DNA from: Patellaria atrata CBS 101060
Lineage: Eukaryota
Direction of reading: 5' to 3'
DNA length: 64,000 nt
Assembly (NCBI GenBank): GCA_010093705.1
Contig: MU006113.1
Coordinates: 6,849 to 70,848 of the forward strand
The notes beneath the pieces were generated by a model. It was not told where the DNA came from, did no database searches, and was given only the letters and a program-made list of their open reading frames with translations. Below are positions 33,380 through 44,731 of the stretch, piece after piece; the stretch's first letter is position 1; every line of letters starts with the position of its first letter. The translations under genes were made by a program, and so were the position numbers.

Positions 33380-34174
33380 TTGCTCAACAGTCTGTCTTCT
33401 TCTTCCATGTATATTCTACCTCCTAATATCCTTTACAAAGAAAATACCACGAACAGCACGTATTTCGAGATGCGTAAGAAGCGAACCGGAGACGGGACCC
33501 CCTTCATAGAAATCTATTGCAATAGCGGAGACGAAGACAAACGCATCGCCGAACTCGAAATCTGTATTGAGCTCGTGTCTATGAAGTCCATTGACCGTGG
33601 TCGGATGCCTTTCAGCGATTTCAAAAAGTGTTTGATCCGTAAAGACTTCGATGAGGGGTACAAACAGAAAGATATTGACACCTTCAGCGAGACTCCCGAT
33701 TGGCCCAAGTCCATGATTGTCCAATTTGCCTTGCCAGATCACACCGGAGATCGCAGGACTGGGCACGAGAACTACTTCCCCTGTGCTTGTTCGCTGGAAG
33801 ACATCTGCCACTATTTGTCCATGCATTGCGCACCCTTCGCTAAGAAGACAACGATACTATGGCCGGTATACCACACGAAGAGTTTGTTTTCGAGAACGAA
33901 GGAGGAGCTGGTGGATTCTGAGAGCTTTCCCCGTCTGAAAGAATCTGATAAAAGGTATCTGAAACATCCTAAGAAATAGAATGACAGCGAAGATACTCCG
34001 GAAAAGTACATGCTGCGAACGAGGACTAAGAGGCTAGCCCGTCCTACGCTGGATATAACGGAACCTATTCTGTCTGACGGAGATATTTTCACTGTTTGTT
34101 CTTTTCAGACCAAGGCTCGATCACTGGATTGCTCCGTTGCTAGCAAGAAATATACCACACTAGGTAACAGGTAA
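33380..34174 (+). CDS. Orphan family member A; in-frame TAG at 33977-33979, frame stays open for 64 more codons; 5' end uncertain (ATG 33407 or upstream exon via acceptor at 33390)
   Basis: Shares ordered blocks DGTP/LEI/PDWP/CSLxDICH/TxILxPVY/SESF with member B. Confidence 0.75.
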
Positions 34175-34604
34175 CTAAGGGTTAGAAGGGAGAGACATCT
34201 GGATAGAGACATGCATGTTACTACGTGGCTATCCTCTGTATTTGCAGCATAATAAATGTTACTCCATAAATTCCATAATCTCTTAAGGGGATGCATTCTT
34301 TCCACTCACATAAAAAGCTTTATTTCCATCAATGCGTTTCCGACTTTTGCTCGAATAAACAAATCATTCACATATTCTACCCCGAGCCTGCTGGACTCGA
34401 GTATATAGTGAGTTAGTTGTTAAACTAATAGTTTATTAAGCCCATACGAGTCCAGTTCCATAGAAGTATGCTGATTGATGCTGGATAGGTAACCTGCACT
34501 TCATTTGATACAAGATTTACACTAATGATGAAAGGTTTGAGTGGATAGAAGGCCTATTTGTTTCCCCAAAAGGAATTACATGAGCATTCTCCCTCCCGTT
34601 TACT

Positions 34605-35863
34605 CTATCGCAATGAAAAAGTCCACGTCAAACAAACAAGTATATTATTCCGATCAGTAGAGGTGGTGCTGAAATACTCCTTGCGAATAGGTCGACACTT
34701 GTATTTGAGCTGGAACCAGTACTCCTCCTTCCTTGCCTTTGACTCTTTTATCCCTCGCTTCTCCATGTCTTCAAGAAAGCATTTCCTAAAGCTTTCGGAG
34801 CCCACTGGTGTTTTAACCTTCCTCTTTGACATCTTTAGTGGAGTATTATACTTCTCGGTGCAGTAAACTGGACGTAATATTGCGGTTTCCGTCGAAGCAA
34901 GCGATAGCTGTATCGCGAAGAAGTGGCAGATATCGTCGAGAGAACAATCCAGTGGGAGAGACCACTTGAGCGGAAGGTACCCTATATCTCTGAAAATGGT
35001 AGAGTCGAGTAGAAGTAGCAGACAATGCTTACATAGCCGTCCTAGTCTCCGCATTTGGCTAGCGTCCCAAAGACAGAATGTGTAAAATTCCTTCACCTCA
35101 GGCCAATCAGGATTTTCAGCATAGTTGAGTATGGACTGTTCGCTGCTTTTGGTTCCAAAAAGGCGACGGAGTAAGACCTTTGACAATAATATTTTCGTAC
35201 CCAAAGCGATCAGGGCGAACAGGGCTAATTTCCAGTCGAGAGGAGGAACAGAGTTCCCTCAACCCATTGCCAAACACTTTCACAATGGGAGTACCGTCTG
35301 TTGCCAGATTCTCGCGCATGGTGAAGAATGGGGGTTTTTCAGGCTTTTCGGGATCGGTTTCAGGGCTCTTTGGGATCGGTTTCAGGCTCTTCGGCTTCGG
35401 TTTTATTCACTTGGTCTAAGAAGCCCAGATCGAAGTGAAGGTGCATGCCGCTTTCCTGTCTATCGTTAGCTATATAGAATAGTGTCATGTGCGAGAAGGG
35501 GAATATTGACTTGTGGGGAAGCCGAATCCTCGGGACGGGTAACCGATGATTCGTCAGAAGCAACCATCGTAGAGGCAGTGGACATGTTTCTCAGGAGAAA
35601 AACGGATTGACGGAGATCATGTAGTACCGTCTCCGCGATATCAATGGAGCGAGACGATGTATCCAAATTTAAGGAAGAGCATCATCCTGTTCAACAGATT
35701 CGTGTTCGCCATCCAGAATTACAGAGCTATTCGATGTTTTCGTCTCGTGTGAATGCTCACCACCTTCCCGATCTACTGATGGAGAGATTGGGGGCTCGTC
35801 TGAGCCCTTGGGAATAGGTTGTTCATGTGTTTTTGTAGGATCAGAGATGAGGAAATAGCTCAA
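34605..35863 (-). pseudogene. Orphan family member B, frameshifted (~35205-35255, ~35362, ~35668); 5' extent uncertain
   Basis: FFTMRENLATDGTPIVKVFGN...LEIS lies in one frame and ENPDWPE...LDCSLDDICHFF...TAILRPVYCT...GSESF...QLKYKC in the next. An extra C in a 21-bp GAGCCTGAAACCGATCCCAAA repeat creates a TGA. An intron-like segment with a CTAAC..TAG end lies at ~35460-35510. Confidence 0.7.
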
Positions 35864-36519
35864 TTAAAGCCGAAATCTGTCAAGAGGACTTTTAACCGTC
35901 TAACCGTCTGATCAGTAGAAAAGTTGAGAAATAGAAGGAAGATATGAAATTGAGCTGTAATCGTAAATTCGCGATTCGGGGAATCAGTAATCTATGATCG
36001 AATAAGAAGAAAAATTAACCAGTAATAGCTCCTCTCATATACAAGAAACTCTTCTATAATAACTTAGAGAATAGGAATTATGGATAGCGCGTATATCTAT
36101 CATGAAAAAAGGAAGCGTTCCCACAACTCCATCGGCCAGAGAAGAGAAAATGCTTACTCATGGATGGCCAGTCACTCTGCGCCAGCCACTCTGTAGTACA
36201 AGAACCATAGTCAAGGCGGCTAAGAAACCTATCCAGAACGCAACATCCACGTCGCGCTCATCAACAGAAAGTAAGCCAACAACGAGAATGTGAATCAAGT
36301 CCAAGCTGAAGATATGTCTCAATACTATTGACGTTTGTAGTTCGGATTGGATTGCATTCGACGTTCAAAAACCTAATCTAGTAATTTCAGTATTTTATCT
36401 CAAACAACGAGGATCAGGCGCGAACTCGAGCACAGCAGTGCCTCAAACACCTACCTCAAGCGCCTAGCAATAGTGCACGGTAAGGTAGCCATAAGTGTTT
36501 TAAACGCGCCACTCGGAGG

Positions 36520-36619
36520 NNNNNNNNNNNNNNNNNNNNNNNNNNNNNNNNNNNNNNNNNNNNNNNNNNNNNNNNNNNNNNNNNNNNNNNNNNNNNNNNN
36601 NNNNNNNNNNNNNNNNNNN
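36520..36619. other. Assembly gap (100 N)
   Basis: Run of N followed by poly-G. Confidence 1.
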
Positions 36620-37082
36620 GGGGGGGAAGGGGGGTAATAATAGGAGTCTTAATTGTGGGATTACTCCTGGGGACGTCACCAGGATAATACTGATTCAAAG
36701 TTAACGGCCGTAGTTGATGATAGGGATACTGTTTTACAAAGATCTCATTTAAGAAGTGGACAGTTGCACCAAGATTACTCATACCTCTATCATCGTATCA
36801 ACGGGATAAACGTGTCAGGCAAGACTCGATGACTGGATACCACATCACCAAAGTTGACCGGAATATGAGGAAAACCTACGTACAAAAAGGACGTCTTCGG
36901 CACTGACATCGCATACAATAGATTCCTTTTTGATACTGTTGCATTAAAATCGCCTGATGCTGCCCCTAATCTTTCCTAAAGCGGCCCATTTGATCATAGG
37001 TTAGCATCATCACTGCTCAAGGCGTGTGCTGAAAGTCCGTACTGTACGTAAACTCATTCGCTGATCACCAAAGAGTGTAGCC

Positions 37083-37736
37083 ATGACTACTATGCGCTCC
37101 CAGATAGACGTCACCCGCTTCTGGATAATCGAGTTCCTTTGTGTCGGTACATTTGATGGTCAAATATTCGTCGAGATCAACGGTGAATTTGATGGGAAGT
37201 GCACGACTGCCGGTACATCCTTCTACCGCATGATAATCAGCATTGAGAAGGCAGAGAAAAGCCTTAGAATCGAAGTGCCCCAGTTGATAAGGGAAAGCTT
37301 TAAGGATATGTCCACTGGGCGGAGAGATCTACGTAAAGGGGGAAGCATCATTGAAAATATAAAGAGTGGCGAAGAACATGAAGCGTACAGGCGGAATGAA
37401 TTCGATATGCGGAATCGAGCCCAAGAGCGTACCCCGAGATTCTACGACATCCATCAGGACTGCGGATTCCTAGACATCTGTCAAACCATCGCTATAAAGG
37501 AACACTTTCACGAAATTTCCCGTAGCAGCATTATCGTATACTTCCGCCAAAGAATGGAAGGGGGGCTTCGACATGAAGACACGCCGGTGGATAGGTTCAC
37601 ACTGAAGGAACTCTTAGAGAAAGAACAGCCCGGCGAGAGAGCTTTTCTTAGGGTTGAGATTGAGCCGTTAGAAAAGTTTTTTGTAGAGGATGCCGATGAG
37701 ATAGCTGCATACGCTTGTGAGCCAAAAGTAGTGTGA
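37083..37736 (+). CDS. Orphan family member C (217 aa, uninterrupted)
   Basis: GCCATG start. TFDGQIFVEI, MIISIE, DCGFLDICQTIAI, TPVD and AFLRVEIEPL align in order with members A, B and D. Confidence 0.7.
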   Translation: MTTMRSQIDVTRFWIIEFLCVGTFDGQIFVEINGEFDGKCTTAGTSFYRMIISIEKAEKSLRIEVPQLIRESFKDMSTGRRDLRKGGSIIENIKSGEEHEAYRRNEFDMRNRAQERTPRFYDIHQDCGFLDICQTIAIKEHFHEISRSSIIVYFRQRMEGGLRHEDTPVDRFTLKELLEKEQPGERAFLRVEIEPLEKFFVEDADEIAAYACEPKVV

Positions 37737-38098
37737 GAGCGAAGTGGAGTCAATAGATTGAGGAATGTAAAGTTGTGGATGAAGGATGTAATTCAGAGAC
37801 AGTCCCACCAAAGCAACCGATTCTGTCTCTAAGTAAAATATGAGATGACTATAACTTTCATCTAAAAGCAAGTTCTTTACCCACCAAAAGACATGTAGTT
37901 ACATCATAAGAGCGTGCTACAGCAAGTGTTAAGGCATGCGAGAAGGCATGACTCTTATATGCGACCGATCAAATGACTTCGCTCGCCTTGAACCGCTTCT
38001 CAGAGTCAAGTTAAGTAAACTCATAGATGAATATTTCAGGCGTTGCTCATACCAACGTTCACAAGAAATGCTGGAATGAGTTCCAAGCTGCTCTAATA

Positions 38099-38279
38099 TG
38101 ACAGATTCCAGGAGTCAAGGTGCTCAAACCATTACGAAAACCAAGTTGTCCGGATGTGACAGCTTTCAGGAGTCAAAGACCTGAAGTTATGTTGAAAACC
38201 AAGCTCTTTTTTCTCACACCTATACTCACCAGTAACACACGAGCACATTCAGCACGCTTATGACAGCTTTTGGAGTCAA
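38099..38279 (+). repeat. Three copies of TGACAG(A/C)TT(C/T)(CA/T)GGAGTCAA upstream of member D
   Basis: Copies at 38099, 38157 and 38261. The first two units have a 58-bp period and also share GAAAACCAAG (38136, 38194). Confidence 0.75.
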
Positions 38280-38694
38280 ATTACAGGAGAGTACATGATG
38301 ACTGCGTTCCCCATTGCTCTCGGGAAGGCCTCTCGAGGAGTCACAGTCGATATAAATAGCCATGCGGATCCCTCTTTGAGATGAAGGAGTTCTACCATGC
38401 TTTACCGAGAATTAAAGCTTGCATCCCTCTAAATTCAAAGTCTGTTGTAACGATCAAACTTCACTGCTTACCTGTCGATTTACCTCTACACGATCCTAAA
38501 GACACCTTTATCACTTAAAGACCCTCTCCGCAATTAGCTCTCAAGAGTATCTCTTTAGAGCTCAACGTTGATCGTCAAAGCCGAATATTGCACCCAGGGA
38601 CCTCAAGTACTGCTTCCAGTCAAGCCCAAGTTAGAAGAACCACCCCATATGTGGTCTAATACAATGTTACTGATTTGATATTAGGATAGAAATA

Positions 38695-39561
38695 ATGAGT
38701 TCCCGAGACTGGAAAGCGGAACCAATGATCACTATGATGAATGGTCTGGACCGTCCGGTAAAAGATCCTATCATCGTAGTGAAGGGAAATACGGAAAAAA
38801 AGGACACGGGTCTGAGCACATGGAACTTGGAGATCAGCATAGTGAACCGGGCAAAATATTTGGCAACTATAGAAGGCATGGAACGCCCTTCTGGTCAGAC
38901 ACCCAAATTGTCAAGTACGGTGGGAACTCATCTTGACCACGCACCTTCCGTTCCCAAAGGTGTGCATCCTCGAGGAGAGATCTATAGGTTTGTTGGAGAT
39001 AAGCCAAACGCACCGGACGAGACACCTCCAAGCTCGAGTTTCCCGGACTAGTACTATTACTTCCCTACCCACTTCGAATTACATATCTGTCATGGGATCG
39101 CTATGCAGCACAAATTGCAGGAGCGTGAAAAATCTTTCTTGGGGGTGGAGCTCCAGCGGAAGACAAGGCTTTTGAGACACCAAAAGAAGTCGAAAGTAGA
39201 CTTCTCGAAAATTCAACTCCAAACGGATGCGGATTTCAAGCATAGGAAGTATGATAAGATGTGCAAAGGGGGTTCTGGAAAAGAGTATAAGTACCGGGTC
39301 GAGGTACAATACTTGGCGCGTCAGATAAAGCGTGATGAGTCCAAAAATATCGAGGAAGGTCAACTTCATTATAAGTGCATACTAGAGGAAACCGAGATTG
39401 TAAATCCATTCACTAGTAAAGACGCCATGCCAGACCAGTCAAACCCGTTGCTGGACCAGGACTATTTGCCGAACGTAGCTGATGAGAACATAGGGGAGCT
39501 GGCCAGTGACGCTATGCTGGACACATCCCAGAGTTGGTCAGTCATGGGAGATGTGTTATAA
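38695..39561 (+). CDS. Orphan family member D; single in-frame TAG at 39049-39051
   Basis: ORFs 38695-39051 and 39103-39561 are in the same frame, joined by *YYYFPTHFELHICHGIA. Blocks PIIVVKGN, LEISI, YFP...ICH, EYKYRVEVQYLAR and QLHYKC match A and B. Confidence 0.7.
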
Positions 39562-39849
39562 CGAACATATATTATACTGTCGGAATATGGGTACCCTCTA
39601 ATATTACCAACAAGAACTTGCCTCTCAAAAAAAATTCGGTTCAATGACCGGTATGCATAATGTGAATTAGCTTCCCCTGATGAAGCACTGGGAATTTGTT
39701 AATTTGAGACTTTAACATACCTTGCGTGTGACACCTTTAGCAGCTCTTACCCGCTTTCAAAGCGAGTCATCGCTCAGTCTCTGAATTGACCTCTGCCCAT
39801 TCCCTCAAGTCTCCTATTTAAATTGCACTCATTCATCTCGACACAGATC

Positions 39850-40392
39850 TCACTGATAGGAGTCTACGTTCAACGTAGTGTCGAAGGTAGCCTCTGGAAG
39901 GGGGGTGTATGCATGACCTAAGTAATTTTGATAACAAGAGCAGACAAAATTTTGCCAGACAACTACAGGCATGTCATGATATCGGAGCTGCATCGCACCT
40001 TTCCTCAGCCTTCTAATCTCGCGATGAGAATTCGTGTAAACTTCTTTTAAGCAAGCGTCCCGGTCGAGATGGGCACCAAGACATCTGTAGCTAGGCTTAC
40101 GGGCCAAAACGTCGAACAGCGCTGCAAAAAATGCATGAGCATAACTTTCAGTCACGATGAGGTTTTGAACAGGTTCGAGACTGGGGTTCTGAAGACCATT
40201 ACAAATCCAGGGTATGCTCCGAGGAGCGCTAGGTGGAAGATATTGACGCATCCGAGGAGAGGTGACTGTATGACTTGCGTATTGACTGTGATTTATGATT
40301 TTTTGAATGCTATAAAGAACAAACAGTTGCTTACCGGCGGTTGACAGTCCTACTGTAATGTTAGAAAGATGGATGGGCCGTAAGGGATTCAT
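39850..40392 (-). CDS. Orphan ORF, product unknown; true start uncertain
   Basis: 180-codon open frame with globular-looking composition in its distal part; no motif recognised. Confidence 0.35.
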   Translation of the reverse strand: MNPLRPIHLSNITVGLSTAGKQLFVLYSIQKIINHSQYASHTVTSPRMRQYLPPSAPRSIPWICNGLQNPSLEPVQNLIVTESYAHAFFAALFDVLARKPSYRCLGAHLDRDACLKEVYTNSHREIRRLRKGAMQLRYHDMPVVVWQNFVCSCYQNYLGHAYTPLPEATFDTTLNVDSYQ

Positions 40393-41573
40393 TGACTCTC
40401 ATCAACATGAGTCTGAAGGCGACGGAGCATGGTGTGAACTCATATATATATATATGTGGGTGTTCTCTATGCTGGAATTTTCCTGCAGAACGAAAACCAC
40501 CTCCTCTTTGATATTGAGCTTTTCATTTAGATAGAAGAACACAACCTTACATGGAATCTGAATATCGCTCGCGAGATCAGTGTGCGTACTATACATCTTT
40601 GGGGATACAAATAGCAGGGAGTCTACAACTCAAAATGTAATCGAAAGTGGTCCATAGAATCGATGGAGAACAGCAGTAGAATGTGATGTCGCGTTGATCG
40701 GAAGAGTCGGCGCCGTATTATCCGAGATCTCGGTAAGGTACCCAAATCAATATTCGGGATGTGTGGACCGAGGCTTAGCCATTACGTATTCTATCTCATA
40801 CTGATCTCATCGAAGCAGAAGGATTTGATTTTGAATAATTGGCTGACAGTGAGAGATCAGAGAAGAGGGTTTTATGGAGGCAGTGCAAAGCTTGACGCCC
40901 AAATGGTTTGTTGTGGGCACATACATATTTCTAATTCTACTAAGGGAAGTTTCAAGCCTCGAGAGGCCTGGAAGCCCTCGGCGGCTGGTGTAACAAGAAT
41001 ACAAGATGCTGTAATAGTCAAGAACCCCGCGCCTGGTTCTTGCAGGTTTGAGCTGGATCTATTTCTCTAACTTGTATACCGGGTACAGCAGCATCTTCGT
41101 GCCTGTATAGATATGCCGAGAAGATCTATCCGGTATAGCCGTCACACAAACTGAACTTCTTGTCGCCGACAAAAGTTCGCAATCGACGCCAGAACAACCA
41201 GACTTTCCCATCTCAACAAACACCCTTGATATTTCAAGGGCCTGAACTCCATTCTCAAACACTCCGAGTAGCATACATTCCATCAGTATCCGCTTCCACT
41301 ACGAGCCCTGTTCATATCATCTACTCCTTTCAAACCTTTTTTTTTTTTTTTTAAAAAAAAAAATCTTTCTTTCCTCATTCGTCTTAATCCAGCTGACTAC
41401 CATTTCGGTCGGATGTCCCAAACCATGACTGCATAGCCTGCTGACGCGTTTGAACATTGAAAGCGTGAATCGTGAAGATCGTTTTGTAGAACTGTTCAAG
41501 CCATTTTACCTAAAGTGGACGTGTCACTTCCTTTCATAACCTGGCTGAGCGAAGATACAGTACCGATTACAGT

Positions 41574-43396
41574 ATGTTACAACCGCTCAGAACCACGGCG
41601 TGGCTCTACGCCATACTGTTCCCGACGGTGACGGCGCAGCTCGTTTCACCTTCAAATACGTCAGTCACCGTTATCGAACCAGACTCTCAACCAGTCATAA
41701 TAATTTCCAATGTTTCCGGGAGAGCTGGTTCGTATATGTTACAACTAGCCCTCCTTCCGCTCACTCCCGGCGCACTAGACATTACTGTATGTACCGTACT
41801 TCCACCTCACATCAGCTATTGTTCCCTTCATGTCCTGCTATTATTGCTTACTTCCTTTTTAATTCAAATATTTGAATAAGGCTAACTGCTTCATACACCA
41901 GCCTGATCAAGTATCTGGGCGTCTCTTCATAGCCACTTCCTCCAACTTTGGTCTTATAAGACCAAATAACATTGCCTTTATTCCATGCGAACCTTCCGCA
42001 TATACCGACGACAACCAATCTACAGACCTCATTCACGTCGCCGTAAACCGTGCTGCTGCTGCTGTGATCTTCTTCGCTGAGGATTCCGAACATTGTGACC
42101 TCACCGACGCCCCTCCCTACCCTTGGTTCTATTCTACGACGAGCAGAGACGCGGTGCGTCAGTTCTTGACTACAATGAGTGGTAACACTGGCGGTGAATT
42201 GTTTAGAGGGATGATCATGACAAGGCAGGAGAGTAATAGTACAAGTCCTGGGAACAATGAAGATAATAACAACAATCCACTGGGGCCCTCTCCGTCTACT
42301 GCGGTTGCTATGATTATTCTTTACAGTATTACCGGCATAATAACCGCTCTCTTCCTGTGTATCATTGTCACTGGAGCACTGCGAGCTCACCGCCACCCAG
42401 AGAGATATGGTCCTGGGGCTCTTCTAGGACGGCCACGTCAAAGTAGAGCCAGAGGCCTTGCTCAGGCTATGCTCGACACCATACCTATCGTCAAATTTGG
42501 GGACAGGAGTCAACCAAAACAGGATGATGTGGAACTCGCGGATAACTCGAATGCGAATGCAGAGCGGCCAAGAGAAAATACCAATCAAGATGAGCTTTCG
42601 CGGAGAAATTCTCAATCAACTGCTGTACAAGATACCAATGTAGCGCGTACTCACACAGAAGATACCCAGGCCACAGCAGCCGCCACATCAAATCCACCGG
42701 AACAGGATGATCAGAATGCAGAAATTGGTCTGGGATGCTCAATCTGTACTGATGATTTCGAGGTCGGCCAAGACATCCGCGTCCTCCCCTGCAAACACAA
42801 ATTCCATCCTGCTTGTATCGATCCTTGGTTACTCAATGTTTCTGGTACATGCCCTCTCTGGTGAGTCTATCCTCCAATTACCCCATAATAATTCCCCAAT
42901 TCCATCTAACGATTAAAATAGTCGCGTTGATCTTCACCCGACCACGACCAGCGAATCCAATTTCAATGAACCTAGTTCCATAAACGACAGCATGGCACCG
43001 CCGCTCACCCTCGATGAAGCAGGTCAACAACGCCGTTCATCCCGTTTCCTTGACGTTCATGGTCAAGGTAACCCGGAACATCGCTTCTCAGTCGCGCTTG
43101 GTAACTGGCGCCGTCAGGTCAGGGATCGCAGGAATCGTGCTAGTTTCGTCGAAGGGAATAATAGTACTACCGGTGAAGCTATGACGAGTCTTCAAACGGA
43201 CGGCCAAGTCGACGCTCAGGAAAGTTTACATGACGCTAGTGAGGCGAGAAGAGCAAGGAGATTGACCGGTCGCTTTGAGAGGGTCTTTGGGATCAGGACT
43301 CGAAGGGCGGAGGAAGAGAATACGGCGATAGGGATGGTGCAGGGGGGTGCTGGGTCATCGACTAATGCACCTGCTGGTGTACAGGCGAGGATATGA
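41574..43396 (+). CDS. Type I transmembrane RING-H2 E3 ubiquitin ligase (PA-TM-RING type); exons 41574-41786, 41902-42860, 42922-43396
   Basis: Signal peptide, TM AVAMIILYSITGIITALFLCIIVTGA, HRHPERYGP, RING-H2 CSICTDDF...[27 protein letters not shown] completed by splicing. Confidence 0.93.
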
Positions 43397-44731
43397 ACTT
43401 GACGACCAAGACGATGATATGACACTATTTCCGAGACTGATTGGATGCTCTTAGAAGCATTCGCCCTATGGTAGACTGACACCTGGGTCTATGATTGTCT
43501 ATATTCACGACTCACTTACAGCTTGGAGTTCATTTTAGGCGCCATGGGATATATTTTACATTTTCGGGCGGATATTGTATATGACATTTGGCGTTAGTAT
43601 CCTTTGTTTGGGATATCCTTTCAATCACTTGGGCAGGAAAACTTTATGATCATGGCGGTTGGTCTACTTTCATTTGAGATTGGACCTGTTTGGCGTTTTG
43701 GGGTTCTTTCCCCTTTCGGATTTTCTCCCTTGGGGTTCTTACCCCTTGCGGTCTTTTCTCCTCAGACATCCGACGAGAACAGTGTACCAGTACCTTACCT
43801 TATCCTCACACGATTCTTTCGACCACCACTCGGTCTTCGGAAGATGGAGGGACTAGAACGGTCCAATCACATGTAGATATAGATAGCTAAGGTATGGTTC
43901 GGCAGGATGCGAGGGAGAGAAATAAATATATATTACCACGCATGTGTCTGGGATGTTCAGGCTTTCCACATTACACCACTACCTAATTCTACCTTCCTAT
44001 GAACTCCCCTTCTCGCTTTGGAGTGTTCCGCTCTTTCTTTTCTTTCCCTGCTTTAGTATCGTACATTAACTTACGGTACGGCACGGACGTGTAGAAAGTT
44101 AAGGTTAAGGTTAAAGCTAAGCTTACTCGAACTGCACGACAGAACAGGAGCTGAGATGTACAGTACCTGAGGCTACGGTAAGGTAGGTAAGGTTTGCTTC
44201 TACTTCCTAGGGTACTTTCCATAGCTTTCTCAACCTGGAAGACGTTTACGGTACGAGAAAGTGAGGGTTGTGCTGATTATAAGGTAGGATTGTCTGTGTG
44301 GGTGAGAAGTTGGGGTTGAGGGGATACGGTACGGTATACCGTGGCCAGTGGAAGAGGGATAGCGATGGACTGACTTACGATCGGACAGACATTGCATATA
44401 CCTAGGCATCGCGACCACATTAAAGAAAAGGGACAAACGGTGAATCATTTGAACAAAATATTAACCCCACTAATTACAACCCCTTCTCTTATCCCACGGG
44501 ACATCCGCAACCATAAATATCTAAAGGAGAGTCATGAATATAAAAGTACTCCCAAAAATCCGAGGAGTGTCCGAGAAAGCGCCCATGCGATGCATATATT
44601 ACAACCAACCTAAACCTTTTGTATTACCGAACGATGATTATCCCCGATGAGATAAGCGGCGTATAACCATCCAGAACACACATAAACACTAGGAAAAAGT
44701 TCCGCTCGTTTGGAGCATATCTCCCTGGCAC

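Noticed and set aside
38099..38279. Repeat-spacer pattern resembling a CRISPR array
   Set aside because: Eukaryotic context, only three degenerate copies, spacers partly homologous and unequal, no cas genes.
33977..39051. Genetic-code reassignment of TAG
   Set aside because: Ordinary genes in the window (ending at 21860, 32024, 53386, 59470) terminate on TAG.
41337..41363. T-run directly followed by A-run (also 2946-2970)
   Set aside because: Simple homopolymer tracts of unreliable length; no specific function can be supported.
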